Assembly (NCBI GenBank): GCA_045837725.1
Contig: JBEWZL010000061.1
Coordinates: 124,001 to 159,911 of the forward strand
DNA: 35,911 nucleotides
From: Vermamoeba vermiformis
Taxonomy: Eukaryota
Direction: 5' to 3'
Position 1 is the stretch's first letter; every line of letters begins with the position of its first letter. The notes under the pieces were generated by a model. The model had not been told where the DNA came from. It made no database searches and saw only the letters and a program-made list of their open reading frames with translations. A program made the translations under genes and the position numbers. This document shows positions 1 to 13,500 of the stretch, in pieces.

Positions 1-1583
1 CACGGAGTTGGCGCACTCACCTCGACATTGAAGTCTTTCCAAGAGGCATTGACTCCTCCTCCTTTCCGAATTTTTGATACTCTTCAAGGCTCTATGAAGG
101 CTCAGATGCTCCATGTAGCGGTTCATTTTCAGGTAGGCGCAATGTTTAAATTTAAGCAGGAGCAAATCTGTTTTTTTTATTAGTCTAATTTTCTCAATGC
201 GCATTGAGAAAATTCGATAATGCTTTATTTAATACTATCTAGTTAAAATATTAATTAATTTTTTTTTTAAGATAGCGGATCACCTGCACAAAGAGCCCTT
301 GGATATCAGATCTCTTGCCGCAAAGGTTGGAGTTACCGAAGGCGCTGATGGCTTGAATAGATTTTTGGTAATTATAATTATTCAAATACGCCATAAATAT
401 AAAATTTACGCCTCACACATTACTAGAATGCACTCATTGCTTTCGGTTACTTTGCTCGCGACAGCAAGAATAGGTTCATCAATAATGCTGCCAGCGAGTA
501 TTTGAGAACAGATCACCCTTACTCAGCGGTAGCCCTGATCAAACATTGGTCCGACGAATCTTATAAAACGTACGAGATGGCAATCGAATCTATTAAGACT
601 GGCAAAAATGCCTTTGCTTTGAAACATGGCGCTACGGTATTCGATTGGTATCGCGATCATCCCGAGCACAAGGATAATTTCGCCAGGACGATGAGCGCCG
701 TTGGTGCGATAGTGAATAAGGTATAGGAGTCCTGTATTCAGCGTAACAGACGTAGTAACACACGTTGCACAGGCGCTCGTTGCAGACTACGACTTCTCTA
801 AGTACAGAACTATTGTTGATGTGGGAGGTAGCGAAGGCAGTCTCGTGCGTGCAATTCTGAAGAAGTTCCCCACTATCGAGAAGGCTTACATTTTCGATTT
901 GCCCGAGGTGATCGAGGAGGCTAAGCAGTCGTTACAGACTGAAGGTAATCTACAGCAACTTGCCCAGGTGCGAACTAACGTTGAGGTAGATCCGGCAATT
1001 AGAAACAAAATTGAGCTGGTCAGTGGCGATTTCTTCAAAGAGATTCCCATCAAAGCGGACGCTTACTTGATGCGCTTTATTCTTCACGATTGGTACGTCC
1101 TTGGTTAGCGATTCTGTTATGCTAACTAGGAATCAATGTATAGGTCCGACAAGGATTGTTTGAGAATTTTAGAGAATATTCACAAGAAATCAATTGCGGG
1201 CAACACTACAGTGTTAGTTGTCGAGCAACTTCTCGGTGAGACTCCAAAACTCGTACATCATGACAAACTTAAACACTTACGGAAATATTTTGGTAGGAGA
1301 GAGAACAGACTCGTACATTGCCGACTTGCAAATGTACATGGTAGCCGCTGGTGGTCGAGAGCGTACTTACCCTCAGTTCAAGAACTTGCTCCGATCAGGA
1401 GGTACGTGTAATGTACTATTTTAGTAGTACATTGTGGATACTTACTAGTTGTTAGGCTTTAAGATCTGGGCCGTCACTCCAACACGAAGCCCGTTCAACG
1501 TTATTGAAGCGAGAGCCACTAAAGAGCTCGTGAAATTTGTCGATAACAACGATATGGTGTTAAATACTGATCTTAGTGGATAG
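1..1583 (+). CDS. SAM-dependent O-methyltransferase, class II (COMT/ASMT-like, Methyltransf_2); 5'-partial, 7 exons visible
   Basis: Spliced translation gives a dimerisation region (AQMLHVAVHFQ/IADHLHKEPLDIRSLAAKVG), SAM motif IVDVGGSEG, FDLPEVI, GDFFKEIP, RFILHDW/SDKDC and GGRERT. Stop TAG at 1581-1583. Confidence 0.93.
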
Positions 1584-1713
1584 TGTATAATTTGATAAAG
1601 TGATCGGCACTTGATTTTAGTCCACCAGAGATCGTTTTTTTGTGTTACACAATCAACGTCAATTTTCTAACCCGCCACAATAGTTTTAACCCATGAGCTG
1701 ACACAACGAGTAG

Positions 1714-4700
1714 ATGGACAATAGGCTGCGCACCGACGATGAGACTGACTCTGACATTTCGGATCTTGAAGAGTTAGATTTGAAGCTGCCTGACAATACA
1801 AACATAAAGAAGATAAAATGGCGCCAAACGATATGCTATTATTTATCGTATATTTCAGAAGGTAAGACGCTGGGCTTGACGGAGCAGTAATTATATTGAT
1901 CCGATCAACCGAAGTGTTTGAATTTTAAAGCTAGGGACAATCTGATTATCATATAATTAATACAGTGAAATTATTTAAGTGACAGAAGAAATTTAATTGA
2001 GCAGCTAATGGCACTTCCAGATCCCGAGATTCAGCAAATTATTTGACCGCGCTTGTAAAGCGTAGTTTTCTTAAGATCTCTTATGTTTGTCACTAATAAT
2101 AATCCTTTACACAAAATAATGCGACTATTTCGTTTTTTACGATCAGATCTTGCAATTTTCTCACTTGTCCCTCACTTCACTAGGTTACACTTGGGGATGC
2201 ATTGGTCCCACATTGCTATTACTGGCTGAACAAGTCGGAGCTTCGCAAGAAGAAATGGGAAACATCTTCGTTGGTAAGCTTTACATTTTTGTTGTCGCAA
2301 ATCAAAAGGAACCGTTTTGTGTCAGTATTACGCGTTTCATTCAAAAAACACCCATATTTCAAATAGCGAGAACAATTTTACGAAATATTGTGGGCTGCTT
2401 TCATTTGTCGTATATTGAGTAAACTCTTCATCAGTAATTCCATGAACATGACGCCACGTTTTGCCGCCAAAGACGCGAATTGGAAGATTCGCCCAGATTT
2501 TCTTCAACGCTTTCCTCTTCGTCTGATGATGCGCCGAAGTAGCAGGCCCTTCAAAAAATTATCAGGTGCCAGAGGAGACGATGTTTTGAGCGGATAATTG
2601 TTCCTCTTCCTCGCATCTTCCGAGCACTGTCTCCAACTTTGCACGCTTGTTGGGCGTATGCATGTAGCGACATTTCACCGACCTCTGGTCACTGGCCGTA
2701 AAGAATAATTAGGATTACGCTCTCTCACTTTTTGACGCCGCTGAGAGGAACCCACGGCAGCTTCAATTAGTATATTTCTTCTTCAACCTATTCGCGCTAC
2801 TCTTCAAAAGACATCTAGCGCTTTCACGAGCGTGCTTCTCCTCCTTTTTGTTTTGAGGGCCTTGCGACCTTCTTTCTCCACCTTCTTCTGCTTCTTAGCT
2901 TTTTCGTTCTTTTCATCTCTGTTCTTTCACGCATACTTTGTGCCCTTTCATACCGGGAGAAATAGGATCCCTGTGTCCGAACAGCCTTTTGAAGGTGCGC
3001 CAACACCCGACCGGGCCCGCTTGAGATCTACATGGCACTAGCACAAGTACATCACTTGTTACTGTACGCATGGTATGAAAAATGCCTATCAGTGCTAGGC
3101 CCGAAATAAAGTTATAAAGATGTTCAAGAATTTTATTTTGTTTTTTCAGCGTTTTTTGAATGAAACGCGTAATATACTTCCTAAAAATTATATTCAATAT
3201 CATTACCCGAGAATGTAGAAGTCTTTTATTAGAATGTACTGGCACAGAAACTTTCTAATTTTCCGTAGCACGCGGATTGGGTTGGATCACGGGAAGTTTG
3301 ATGGCAGCAAAGGCATATGACACCATCAAAGGCCACAGGATCATGTTTGCCGGAAGTATTCTCATGGCTCTAATGATGGGTTTGATCCCTTTTGTAACGT
3401 GTAAGCTTGGTTTTTTGTTATTCGTTTAATGTCGGATTTGGCAATTCCTTCTTTTTGGTCTCATCGAAATTCATCAAAATTTGCTAATTTCACGAATAAG
3501 TTCTCTCCAAATTTAAAGAATTGCAACTTTGATCGCGAATTAAACGCGATTGAATGATTTTAATACGTTTGACAGCCAAATGGTTACTCTACATCGTGAG
3601 TGGCGTGCTGGCGGTGTTTCTTGCCTGGGTTGATGTCGGTTGCAATACACTGTTGTTTTCAGTTTGGCGCGAAGAGGTTGGCCCCTACATGCAGTTCTTA
3701 CATTTTTGTTTTGGTGTCGGTACGTTCCCGCTTTCATACCTTCTTTGCAACGCTGTTTTTATCTTTATTTAAACTTTGACAAATTTAGTTTGTTTAAACA
3801 GTTTCAAGTTAAAGATAGACGTGTACTAAGAAGGCAACGATTTATCGTTCTATATTTAGGTTCTTCGGTTGCACCTTTTATTATCGCGGGGGTGATGAAA
3901 CTAGCTCCTACAGGCTCCGAAGTCTATTATTCATTCTTGATATTGGCCTTCCTTATTCTCGTCAAGAGCTTCCCACTGTTGTTCGCGCCTAGCCCCGAAA
4001 TCAATAAAGCGGAAGAAAAAGAGGCCACGAGCGATGCTGGCAGCAAGAAGTGTATTAACAAGGATCAGCTGGCTTACGTGGTTATGGTCGGAACCATATC
4101 AACGTTATTATTCATTTACGTTGGCGCTGAAGTCACGTACGGAGGCTGGATCTACACTTACGCAGTCAAAGTCTACGAGATTAGCCCACCGGAATCGGCC
4201 ATCATATCATCTGCCTTTTGGGGCGCCATTACCATCGGTCGTTTGATTGCAGGTAAGAATTGTTTATTGCACTATTAAGGAAAGTTGGGGATCGCGGAAT
4301 AAGTTGGCGCCACAGTAAAACGACAAATCACTATTCGCTAATCACAATTTACACAGTGCCGATCACGGCGAAAGTCAAGAGTAGCTACATCTTATTGTCA
4401 AACTTGATTGGTTCCCTGGTTTGCATCGCCCTCTTGTTATTTTTTGATTCCCTGCTTAGCAGCAGTAAGTTCAATGAAGATCTTTTTACGGCAAAACGAT
4501 ACTGTACTAATTCACGCATGTAGTCTTGTTGTGGATACTTACAATCGGCTACGGCCTTACTATGAGCTCTGTGTACGCCACAGCGTTTGCCATACCAGCG
4601 CAAAATGGAGTTACAATCACATCAAGAGCCTCGAGCGCATTCGTTAGTAAGTCATCCAATAATTCGCTATATTATACAAAGTAGTACATTTTAGATCCGA

Positions 4701-5022
4701 ACCGATAATGAAATTTTCAAAATATTAACTCCTGCTGGTATTAGTCAGCGGTGCTATTGGAGAGGTGACTATACCTACTGTAGTCGGATTCCTTATCACC
4801 GGATTGAGTCGCAGTGCTTTCCTTATATCAATATTGATAATGCACTTAATCCTCATCGTACTTTACATCGTCATGGTTTACTATTTGATTCCTCTCAGCA
4901 CGAGGAACTCGAAAAATTATTCTTCTTTAAATGCAAAACAACTTCCTGAGTCAGTAGAGCTTGGTGTTATCACATCCACTGAGGACGATGACATCCACCT
5001 CGCTGCATCTGCTGAACTTTAG
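1714..5022 (+). CDS. Major facilitator superfamily transporter (MFSD4/FucP-like sugar transporter), 8 exons
   Basis: ATG at 1714. Exons join in frame: GCIGPTLLLLAEQVG, DVGCNTLLFSVW, PYMQFLHFCFGVG, FIYVGAEVTYGGWIYTY, SAFWGAITIGRLIA, SGAIGEVTIP. About 12 hydrophobic segments. Confidence 0.9.
2328..3172. mobile_element. Non-autonomous TIR DNA transposon (845 bp) in intron 2 of the MFS gene
   Basis: Perfect inverted repeat TATTACGCGTTTCATTCAAAAAAC (2326-2349) / GTTTTTTGAATGAAACGCGTAATA (3151-3174). The outer TA is read as the target-site duplication. The host intron is ~1 kb against ~50-300 bp for the other introns. Confidence 0.85.
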
Positions 5023-5760
5023 TTAGTTGGGTAAATTGGCATTTAAGGGGAAGGTAACCAGTAAGCTCCTACAGCTGGTTGAGTCAAATTGTAAATAATC
5101 CTAAAATCATAAATGCAACCTATTTTTGCGTTTACTTTCGCACGTTCATCTTATCGGGCAATACCCTCTCTGAAATCCTGATTTATTCAGATCAAAACCC
5201 AGTTTTGGGTAAGAAGTCTGCGTATGTTCTTTCCCGGCAAGGATCGTTAAAGTGAACCCGTTTCTAATCCTGCGTCGATTTGCGGAAAATTGGCGTAGAA
5301 TTGCCAACTGAAAATAGTTTTGGGTTACTTGTACTTTAAAGTATAACTTTATTAATTGCCGAGAATCGTACAGATCGGACTGCGTGCACAAATTGAAACT
5401 CGCACAGCTTTACTGTACAGCGCTTGGAGTGATTGGAGTAATGGGTGTGGACATTAAGTCCACCCGATTTCTTTAACAACAATGGAAAAATCTCCCAAAG
5501 TCTCCCGTTTTTTTTAACCAAACTTTCTGGAGTTTTCATCCTGAACTGAAATAATTTACTTATAAGGCTTGTGTAATTTAGGATGAATTTGAAATTTCGC
5601 GCTTACGGGAGGTTATAAAAATAATTGGTTTGCCGCTCCATTCTTTTCTTCATGAGATTTTGAAAGTCACACAACAGATCCGAACTTCTCTTTTTTTTTA
5701 TTTGGCTTGCCCGGCCTTTGTGTCACTTTCACTTGATTATACATATCAATAATATCAAAC

Positions 5761-7920
5761 ATGTCCAACCGAATGCATAGCGTTGGCCCATTTCTTCTTG
5801 GCGAAACGATTGGAAGGTACGATCTGAACTCCGTCGCGCTTCTCAGAAGACTAACTTTTTTCGGCAACAGAGGATCTATTGGTAGAGTCAAGTTGGCAGT
5901 CCATAAAGAGACGGGATTTAAAGTCGCTATCAAGATCATCGATAAAGAGAAGATCACTGAAGTTAATCCTCATCTCTTGCAGAAAATTGAACGAGAAATA
6001 GTATTGATGGTAATACATTACTTTTAATAACTTAATTATCGCGAAACTATGACCAGTATATCGACATTTCCGTTTGTTACCTAATTATTTTCAATCATCG
6101 TCGTTCCGAGCCGATTTCTAATCTTTCAATTAGAAACTCTTGAAGCACAGAAATATATTGAAGTTGTATGAAGTCTATGAAACCTCGAAGTACTTGTAAG
6201 TTTACACAAGTTCTTTGGTCGATTGCGACCGGATCTTGATGGAGATGAAATTTCAGTTTCTTATTGAGACAAAAAACAAAGCTAACAAGCTTATTTCAGG
6301 TTCTTAATATTGGAATATGCCGAAGGTGGCGAGTTGTTTGAATACTTAGTCGCTCGCGGCGGACTGCCAATCGACCAATCACTCGATTATTTCTACCAAC
6401 TAATTACTGGCCTCGAGTACTGCCATAGTCATTTTGTTTAGTAAGTATCTTTTTATAAATGTTTGAAAACTGGAGAAATGCACGCGCGGAAGCGGGTTTT
6501 CAGATCGCGAACGTTCTTTTTCGCGAAGTTTTCCACGAGATTCATGAATCAAGTATATATTAACCGACAATGTAATTCTCGCTAATCGCAGAAACCCCAG
6601 TTTATTCGCTTTTCAATAAGATTTCCTTATCGCGCAAACAAACTGGCACGCTTTTTGAAACAGAATGATACTAACCGATTCTTATTAGTCACCGAGATTT
6701 GAAGCCCGAAAATCTTCTCCTCTCAGCCAATCACAAAGTCCTCAAGATTGCCGACTTTGGCTTGGCGGCCTTTGAGCCAGAGTTATCGATGTGCAAGACT
6801 AGCTGTGGTTCACCGCATTACGCCAGCCCTGAAATCATTGCCGGAAAGAAATACGACGGAAGTTTGAGCGATGTTTGGAGTTGCGGCGTCATTTTGTATA
6901 GCCTCGTCACTGGTCGCTTACCCTTCGAGGATCAGAACTTGCCTGCCCTTTTGAGCAAGGTGAGTAACAAAGCACACGCAGTAGGAAGAAATTCTAACGA
7001 TTTTATATTAGATTAAGAAGGGAAAGTACTTTCCTGTCCCTCAATATGTCCCCGAAGGAGTTCGCGATCTGATCGAGCGCTGCTTGGTTACTGATCCAGC
7101 GAAAAGAATCACCTTAGATGAAATTCTTGTTCATCCATGCATCGCCAATGTCGCACAAAGTACGTATTTTATCCTGGATGAATCCTCAGGAATCCAATTC
7201 GCTAAATTTCCTTTTTTAGAGTATAACGGTGGAATTACTAAACCTGTTGGGGAAAATGACAGCAAGTTAAAGAAAAAGGATAAGAAAACCAAGAACAAGT
7301 TGCTCGCTTTGGCTAAGTCGAATTCTATGGACAAAATTGGCAAAGAGGATGGCCAGGAAGATCTTCCCATTAAGTCAGAGATCGTCGAACAACTCCAAGT
7401 TTTGGGATGGAAGGAGTCCGATATTATGAAATCCTTAAAATCCTCAAAGCCCTCCATGATCAAGACTGTCTACCGACTCATCTACGAGCACGAGTCCGTT
7501 CCTACCGAAATGATCTACAGCCGCGCCATCGAGTACAAGGATGAAATTGAGTTGGAGACTAACGACTCAATGAAACGCCGATCGATGTCAATCTCTGCCA
7601 ATCCCTTGAAGGGTCGTCAGGCATTGAAGACTAGCGCTCCTGCCCGCGCTGTTTCAAGCGCACATCCTCCCGAACCAGCCGGTACTGCAAGTGCTGTCAA
7701 GTCTGCTGACTCGAGCAATGATGGTGCAGACCTTGATATCAAGAAAGCTCGTCGCACAATGTCGGACAGACGACAAGTGGTCCGAGTTCGTGTTCGAAGC
7801 GGATCCATTGGCACCAGCAACGCACACACTCCAGTTCCTCAGCACCCACCAGCAACTTTCGGTGCAATTCGTGAAGAATACAATGACGCGTCATTGCCCG
7901 CCCTTGTAAATGCAGTGTAA
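5761..7920 (+). CDS. Ser/Thr protein kinase, AMPK-related (BRSK/SAD/Hsl1-like), 6 exons
   Basis: [101 protein letters not shown]-like segment (LQVLGW...VYRLI) and a low-complexity tail follow. Confidence 0.95.
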
Positions 7921-8055
7921 ATACTTCGAGCGATGTAAATAACAACATGTACTTTTAGCTTCGATTTTGTGACTTGTAAAATAAAAAACCAACAAGGTTG
8001 TTAATCACAATCATTTGTGCGACAATTTACAAAGGAATTACTATTTACATAATCT

Positions 8056-8809
8056 TTAATGATGATGAGTAATGGTGTCCAAATAGTGCGTTGCTTCGGT
8101 AGGTTCCAATCGTAGCAGGAAGAATGCGTAACCAATTGCTAGGCCTGCTATAATGGCGATGAATACTCCGACATTGAAACTCATTACTGCGAGCATTAAT
8201 AGAAATGAGATGCCCATGTGCACGAAATAAACAACCGTTCGGAAGATTTTGAACGAAATAATCGTTCCTTGGCTGAATGGCTGAATAACGGGCCTGTTTA
8301 TACTAACAGTTAGTTGCGATGTAGGCACTTAAAGTCCAACCAGATCTAGTACCTTTCTGACTCGTTCCTAAAATTAGCTATTAATGCGCGCTAGTTGAAA
8401 GAATAGATAACATACAATAGCGTGTATTTTCTTCTCTTTGGTTGTACTAAAAGCAGACTAGTAAGAAATTGGCTTAAGATGGCTGATCCGAACAGAATAA
8501 ACAAACTTCCAAAATAGCCCAAAGGTTCCTAAAAATTGACGTCAATATTTTGATATTAATTTGATTACATTAACTTTAAACTCAAACGGGAATCGAATTT
8601 TATCACTTAATATTAAAAATGATAAATAATTAGAATAACTTAGTAATACCTCAAGATCGCTTTACATCACTTACCGATACAACCCACCACTCAAACAAAA
8701 TTGTTGCACTCATGCTATTGCAAAAAACCATGCGCTTGCAACTTGGATTTGCTTGCATTACCGGTGACTCTGCTTCTTCTGCACGTATTCGGATGCTATC
8801 GTCATACAT
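8056..8809 (-). CDS. Ctr (SLC31/COPT) family copper transporter
   Basis: N-terminal MVFCNSMSATILFEWW, TM1 GYFGSLFILFGSAILSQFL, MxxxM motif (LLMLAVMSFN), GxxxG (GLAIGY) and C-terminal HHH. Minus-strand GT-AG introns. Confidence 0.88.
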
Positions 8810-8953
8810 TTGCGTTTTGTTGTTAATACGTACGAGGCGGAGAAACTAAAAGCAAATTGAATTTCAATTTTAAAAACAAAATCAGCCCTCGTTTTTTATA
8901 AATAATAGCCGAAGTTTTATTTGATTACAATATTTATTAAAATAGAAGTCATT

Positions 8954-10145
8954 TTAAGCGACTACAGTACGCATAAAGTCTTTGATGGAGTCCAGAGATT
9001 CCTCACGAACAGATGTCTCGGAGAAGGTAACAGGGAAGGGCAAGTGTTCCATTTTGAAAGGTACACCTTCGATACCAATGAAAATCTGCTCAGTGTTATC
9101 AACGTGAGTGCTGCCAGGTGTTGATTGACGAGTCTTGCGCAACATTTCACTGCGGTCCAAGTAAGTAAGCATTACACTGTAGTGTTCAAAGGAGCGTACT
9201 TACATTTCAGATTCGAGCTCGCTTCTCAACTTCTCGACAGTTTTAGCGAGTTGAATGTCGTTCTTGTTGCATGCAACATGAATGGGGACGCGGTTGGTGT
9301 TCACAATCGGATCGACCAGTATATCGTACAAGAGCCTGTGAAAGTTATGAGCACGAGACTAACGACGAATGTAGTTCGATGGCAACTTACTGAGCGCTTT
9401 GACGGATTTGAGGGTTCGCGGCGTCGATCACAAAGACTACGCCGCCAGTGTTGGGCAAGTAGTTGTGAATTTGTTCGCGCAGTCTGTCATGACCAGGGAA
9501 ATCAACCAAATTGATCTTCTTGTTGACCTACGATAATCGCACAAAGTTAGTAAGGTTGCGTTTTGGTGCTGTCACTGCGATCTGCGAGTGATTGAGCTTC
9601 AATTCAGAACGAATCGTACCTGACCATTTAAGTTGGTTTCGATAGAATTGACTTTCATCGAAGTAACAGTCTGCATATCTTTATTGTAAACGAGCTGAGA
9701 AAATAAAAATTATTAAGATCTGGTTTCTTCGCGAATTGCTTCATTATTTATGCTTACCTTCATAAAAATTGACGTCTTTCCAGAATTGCAAACACCAACT
9801 AATAAAATTGTGTTGCCCCGTTGCTTGCGTCGGAAAGCACCACGAAAAACTGGAAAAATTTATTAAAAATAAATTACAACTAACTAATAGCTCTAAATCA
9901 ATCGTGCTAATGTTTTTAGTACTTACCAAAAAATAAAATAAAAATAACAAACGAAGCGATAGCCAACAATAAAACTCGTCCGCTCAGATTGACTCCATTT
10001 TCTGCCAAAATCTTTTGTACAGGGGTTATATAACCCAGACCTGCTTTTTCTATTTGCTCCAAATACTCCTGAAAGCAAAAATGATTAATATTAAATCTGC
10101 AATCTCAGATGTGCGATAAATATTGAATAATTATAAACTAACCAT
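8954..10145 (-). CDS. SRPRB: Signal recognition particle receptor subunit beta (membrane-anchored Arf-like GTPase)
   Basis: Spliced: TM anchor LLLAIASFVIFILFF, P-loop LLVGVCNSGKT, TVTSM, LVDFPGHDRLR, GVVFVIDA, VACNKND, ELESEI..LRKTR. First coding exon appears to be the ATG alone (10143-10145). Confidence 0.92.
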
Positions 10146-10570
10146 GAGAATATTTGCCGGGTTGTTAATAGTGCAATCGAGTTTGAACAATGCATTCGTG
10201 TGTCGAAATACTGTTTTGCGTCACACAAAAATATCGTTTGACCAATTGTTGACCGGTAGTTTAAAAGAGAACGATCATCAAGTGGTCGCTTCCCTGAGTA
10301 AGCAATGTATTATTCATACTTGATATATTTGGTTGTCGTGCCTTCGCGCTTCTTGAAAGTTGATGCCGTCCATGAACGCAACACAAACTGGTTGAACCTG
10401 GATATGCATAGAAGGATGAATCATCTCGGTTACTGCGAAAAATAGGAGAAAGGAAATGTCCCTGTGACTTTTCAATGTCGCGTGAGTGTCATTTTTCACC
10501 GCAACAGATTTTTTTAAACTTGGTTCGCTTCGATTTGTTTATTTTGATACTCTATTAACGTGACACAACC
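10146..10570. promoter_or_regulatory. Probable bidirectional promoter between SRPRB and the His fusion gene
   Basis: 425 bp between two divergent start codons. Positional inference only. Confidence 0.5.
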
Positions 10571-13500
10571 ATGCCAATTGTCCCTTCAATTGATTTGTTG
10601 AACGGTACTACGGTTCAACTCGTGGGAGGAGATGCGGCACAGCAAAAAGTAGATGCAGGTAAAACGTGCTTTTATAGGTTTAATATTGCTTAGTCAGGGT
10701 CTCAAAATTGATATACTATTAGGTGATCCTGTTCCCATTGCTCGTCAATTCCGCGTTGCCGGAGAAATCGCGGTTGTCGATCTGGATGCAGCGTTGGGCA
10801 AGGGCTCTAACAAAGAGTTAATATTAAAGCTAGTTAAAGAGGCCGATTGTCGCGTCGGTGGAGGTATTCGTGACGTAGAGACTGCTTTATTTTGGTTAAA
10901 TGCCGGCGCATCCAAAGGTAAATTCAACTTACGCTCTCCGCATTATTGCGAGAAAAAAACTCTAAAAAATATCACTTATTAATTAATAAACGGTAGTAAA
11001 ATAAAATAAATTTACTACGGGATCCAAGCAGATTCCCAAATTTCGGCTGTTAAGGATCGGAGTTTACAACATTAGCTTCGAAGGATATTAATCTCCATTT
11101 TTCTTTAGTTGTTTTGGGCACCGCTGCAGTACCCGAAGTTTTGTCGCAGTTGCCCAAGTCACGTGTCGTCGCGGCGCTTGACTGCGTCCACGGAGAGGTT
11201 GTGGTCAAAGGCTGGACGACGAAGACCGGTCAGAATGTATTTGATCGCATCAAGGATCTCAAACAATATGTAGGAGGATTTCTCGTTACTTTTGTTGAAC
11301 GCGAAGGACGGATGCAAGGCATTGATTTGAATACTGTCAAACAGTTGGGTACGTACCACTCATTGCTTACACTAATACGATATAACCTAACGAAAAGCAT
11401 AGCCGAGGCCGTTGGTAACGATGCTGTGTTGACAATTGCCGGAGGAGTCACTACACTCGAAGAAATCGCAGAGCTTGACAGAATGGGCGTTGAAGCTCAA
11501 GTAAGCCACCCACTAATTACCCTTATTAGAGATATTAATTGATCATAGGTCGGTATGGCTCTTTACACTAAGCATATGGATCTCGGCGAGGCTATTGCCG
11601 CACCTTTGGTGAGTGATAGATCCGACGGTTTGTTCCCTACGGTAGTCGTTGATGAGCGAGGCACCGCTTTGGGACTCGTGTACTCGAGCAAAGAAAGCAT
11701 CAAAGAGAGCGTCAAGACATTGCGTGGTGTCTATCACTCTCGCAAGCGAGGTTTGTGGCGCAAAGGAGAGACTTCTGGTGATTATCAAGAGTTGTTGCGA
11801 ATCAAAGTTGACTGCGATCGTGACGCTATTTCTTTTGTCGTCAAACAGCACGGAGATGGCTTCTGTCATTTAAAGACCACGTGAGTATCGACGATTATAC
11901 TTGTTGGAATTTACTTACATCTAATCAGTACGTGCTTCGGTGAGGTACAAGGAATCGATCACATTATGAAGACATTCCAAGATCGCATCAAGAATCCACA
12001 GCCTAACTCGTATACGAACAAGCTCTTAAGCAACGAGACGATGCTCAAGGCGAAGATCTTGGAAGAGGCTAAAGAGGTCACTGAAGCTAAAACTAAGGAG
12101 GAAGTTATCCACGAGACGGCCGATCTGTTCTACTTTACGCTAGTCAACGCTGCTAAACACGGCGTTACATTGCACGACATCGATATGGAGCTCAATCAAC
12201 GCACTCGTCAAGTCAACAGAAGACACGGCGCAGCAAAATCAGAGTTCCTGAATGTTGTTAGCACCGCTAATACCACAGAACAGCCCAAGGTCGAGGCACC
12301 GAAACCCACTGCTCAACAACAGCAAGGGATCACAGATTATTCGAAGGTCACTATCCGTCGTTTGTCTCCCGAAGAAGTACTTGGTTCAACTTGCGATCCT
12401 ATTGATCCCAAGGCACTCAGCGTTGCTCGCGATATTTTATCTGATGTGAAGAGCAAGGGACTTCCCGGCTTGCTCGAACACGCTCAGCGTTTAGGTGACA
12501 TTGCTAGCCCTAACGAGTCCGTATTTATGACCCGTGAGGAGCTTAAGCAGCACTTTGACAGCTTGCCAAAAGAACACCAAGATACATTGTTGCGCACGGC
12601 AGAACGTATTCGATCATTTGCTCAATCTCAACGCGATTGTATGACCGATTTAGTCACCACTATTGAGGTATGAACATTGCAAATCATAGTTCAAGCTAAC
12701 TAATTGTGCTAAAGGGAGGACGTGCTGGCCACCGAGTACTCGCTGTTGATAAGGCCGGTTGTTATGCTCCAGGAGGTCGATTCCCGTTGCCCTCATCAGT
12801 GCTCATGACCGCCGTTACGGCTCGTGTCGCAGGAGTCAAAACTGTTTGGGTTGCCTCCCCTCGCCCCTCATCGGTCACTGCTGCTGCTGCTTATGTTGCA
12901 GGTGCTGATGGCTTGTTGCGCGTTGGTGGTGCTCAAGCTATTGCTGCTCTTGCCTACGGAGCTGGACCTATCCCTGCTATGGATGTCATCGTTGGTCCTG
13001 GTAACAAGTTCGTCACGGCTGCTAAATCTTTGGTCTCGGGAGATGTATGTAACACATTTGTCACAAACCGAATGTTCTAATTCATTATTGCGACAGGTCA
13101 AAATCGACATGCTTGCGGGTCCCTCAGAGTGTTTAGTTGTCGCTGATGAAACAGCTGACCCTGCTACTGTGGCAGCTGACCTATTGGCTCAAGCTGAACA
13201 CGATACTGAGGCACGACCATTGCTCGTTGCTTTATCCGAATCGATCGTTGATGCTGTTGAGCGAGAGATCCGCGCTCAGCTCGAGAAGTTATCGACTGCG
13301 TCAATTGCCTCTCAATCGATCACCAAGCACGGAGTGGCAGTTGTGGCTCGTGACTTGAATCAAGCCATCGCTTTTTGCGACCGACTCGCTCCTGAACACT
13401 TGGAACTTCACATTGAAAATGCACCGGCTATCGCTTCCAAGTTGCGTCATTACGGTGCCTTATTCATTGGCCACCACTCCGCTGAAGTGCTCGGCGACTA

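Noticed and set aside
1693-1701. ATG at 1693 as the MFS start
   Set aside because: It reads ATG AGC TGA, at most a 2-codon uORF. The open frame starts at 1714.
7131-7948. Antisense ORFs over the kinase tail (and similar shadow ORFs elsewhere)
   Set aside because: They overlap well-supported genes on the other strand or frame and have no motifs.
10993-11040. Intronic snoRNA in the His gene (GTAGTAAA/TTTACTAC hairpin)
   Set aside because: One short AT-rich stem without recognisable C/D or H/ACA boxes.
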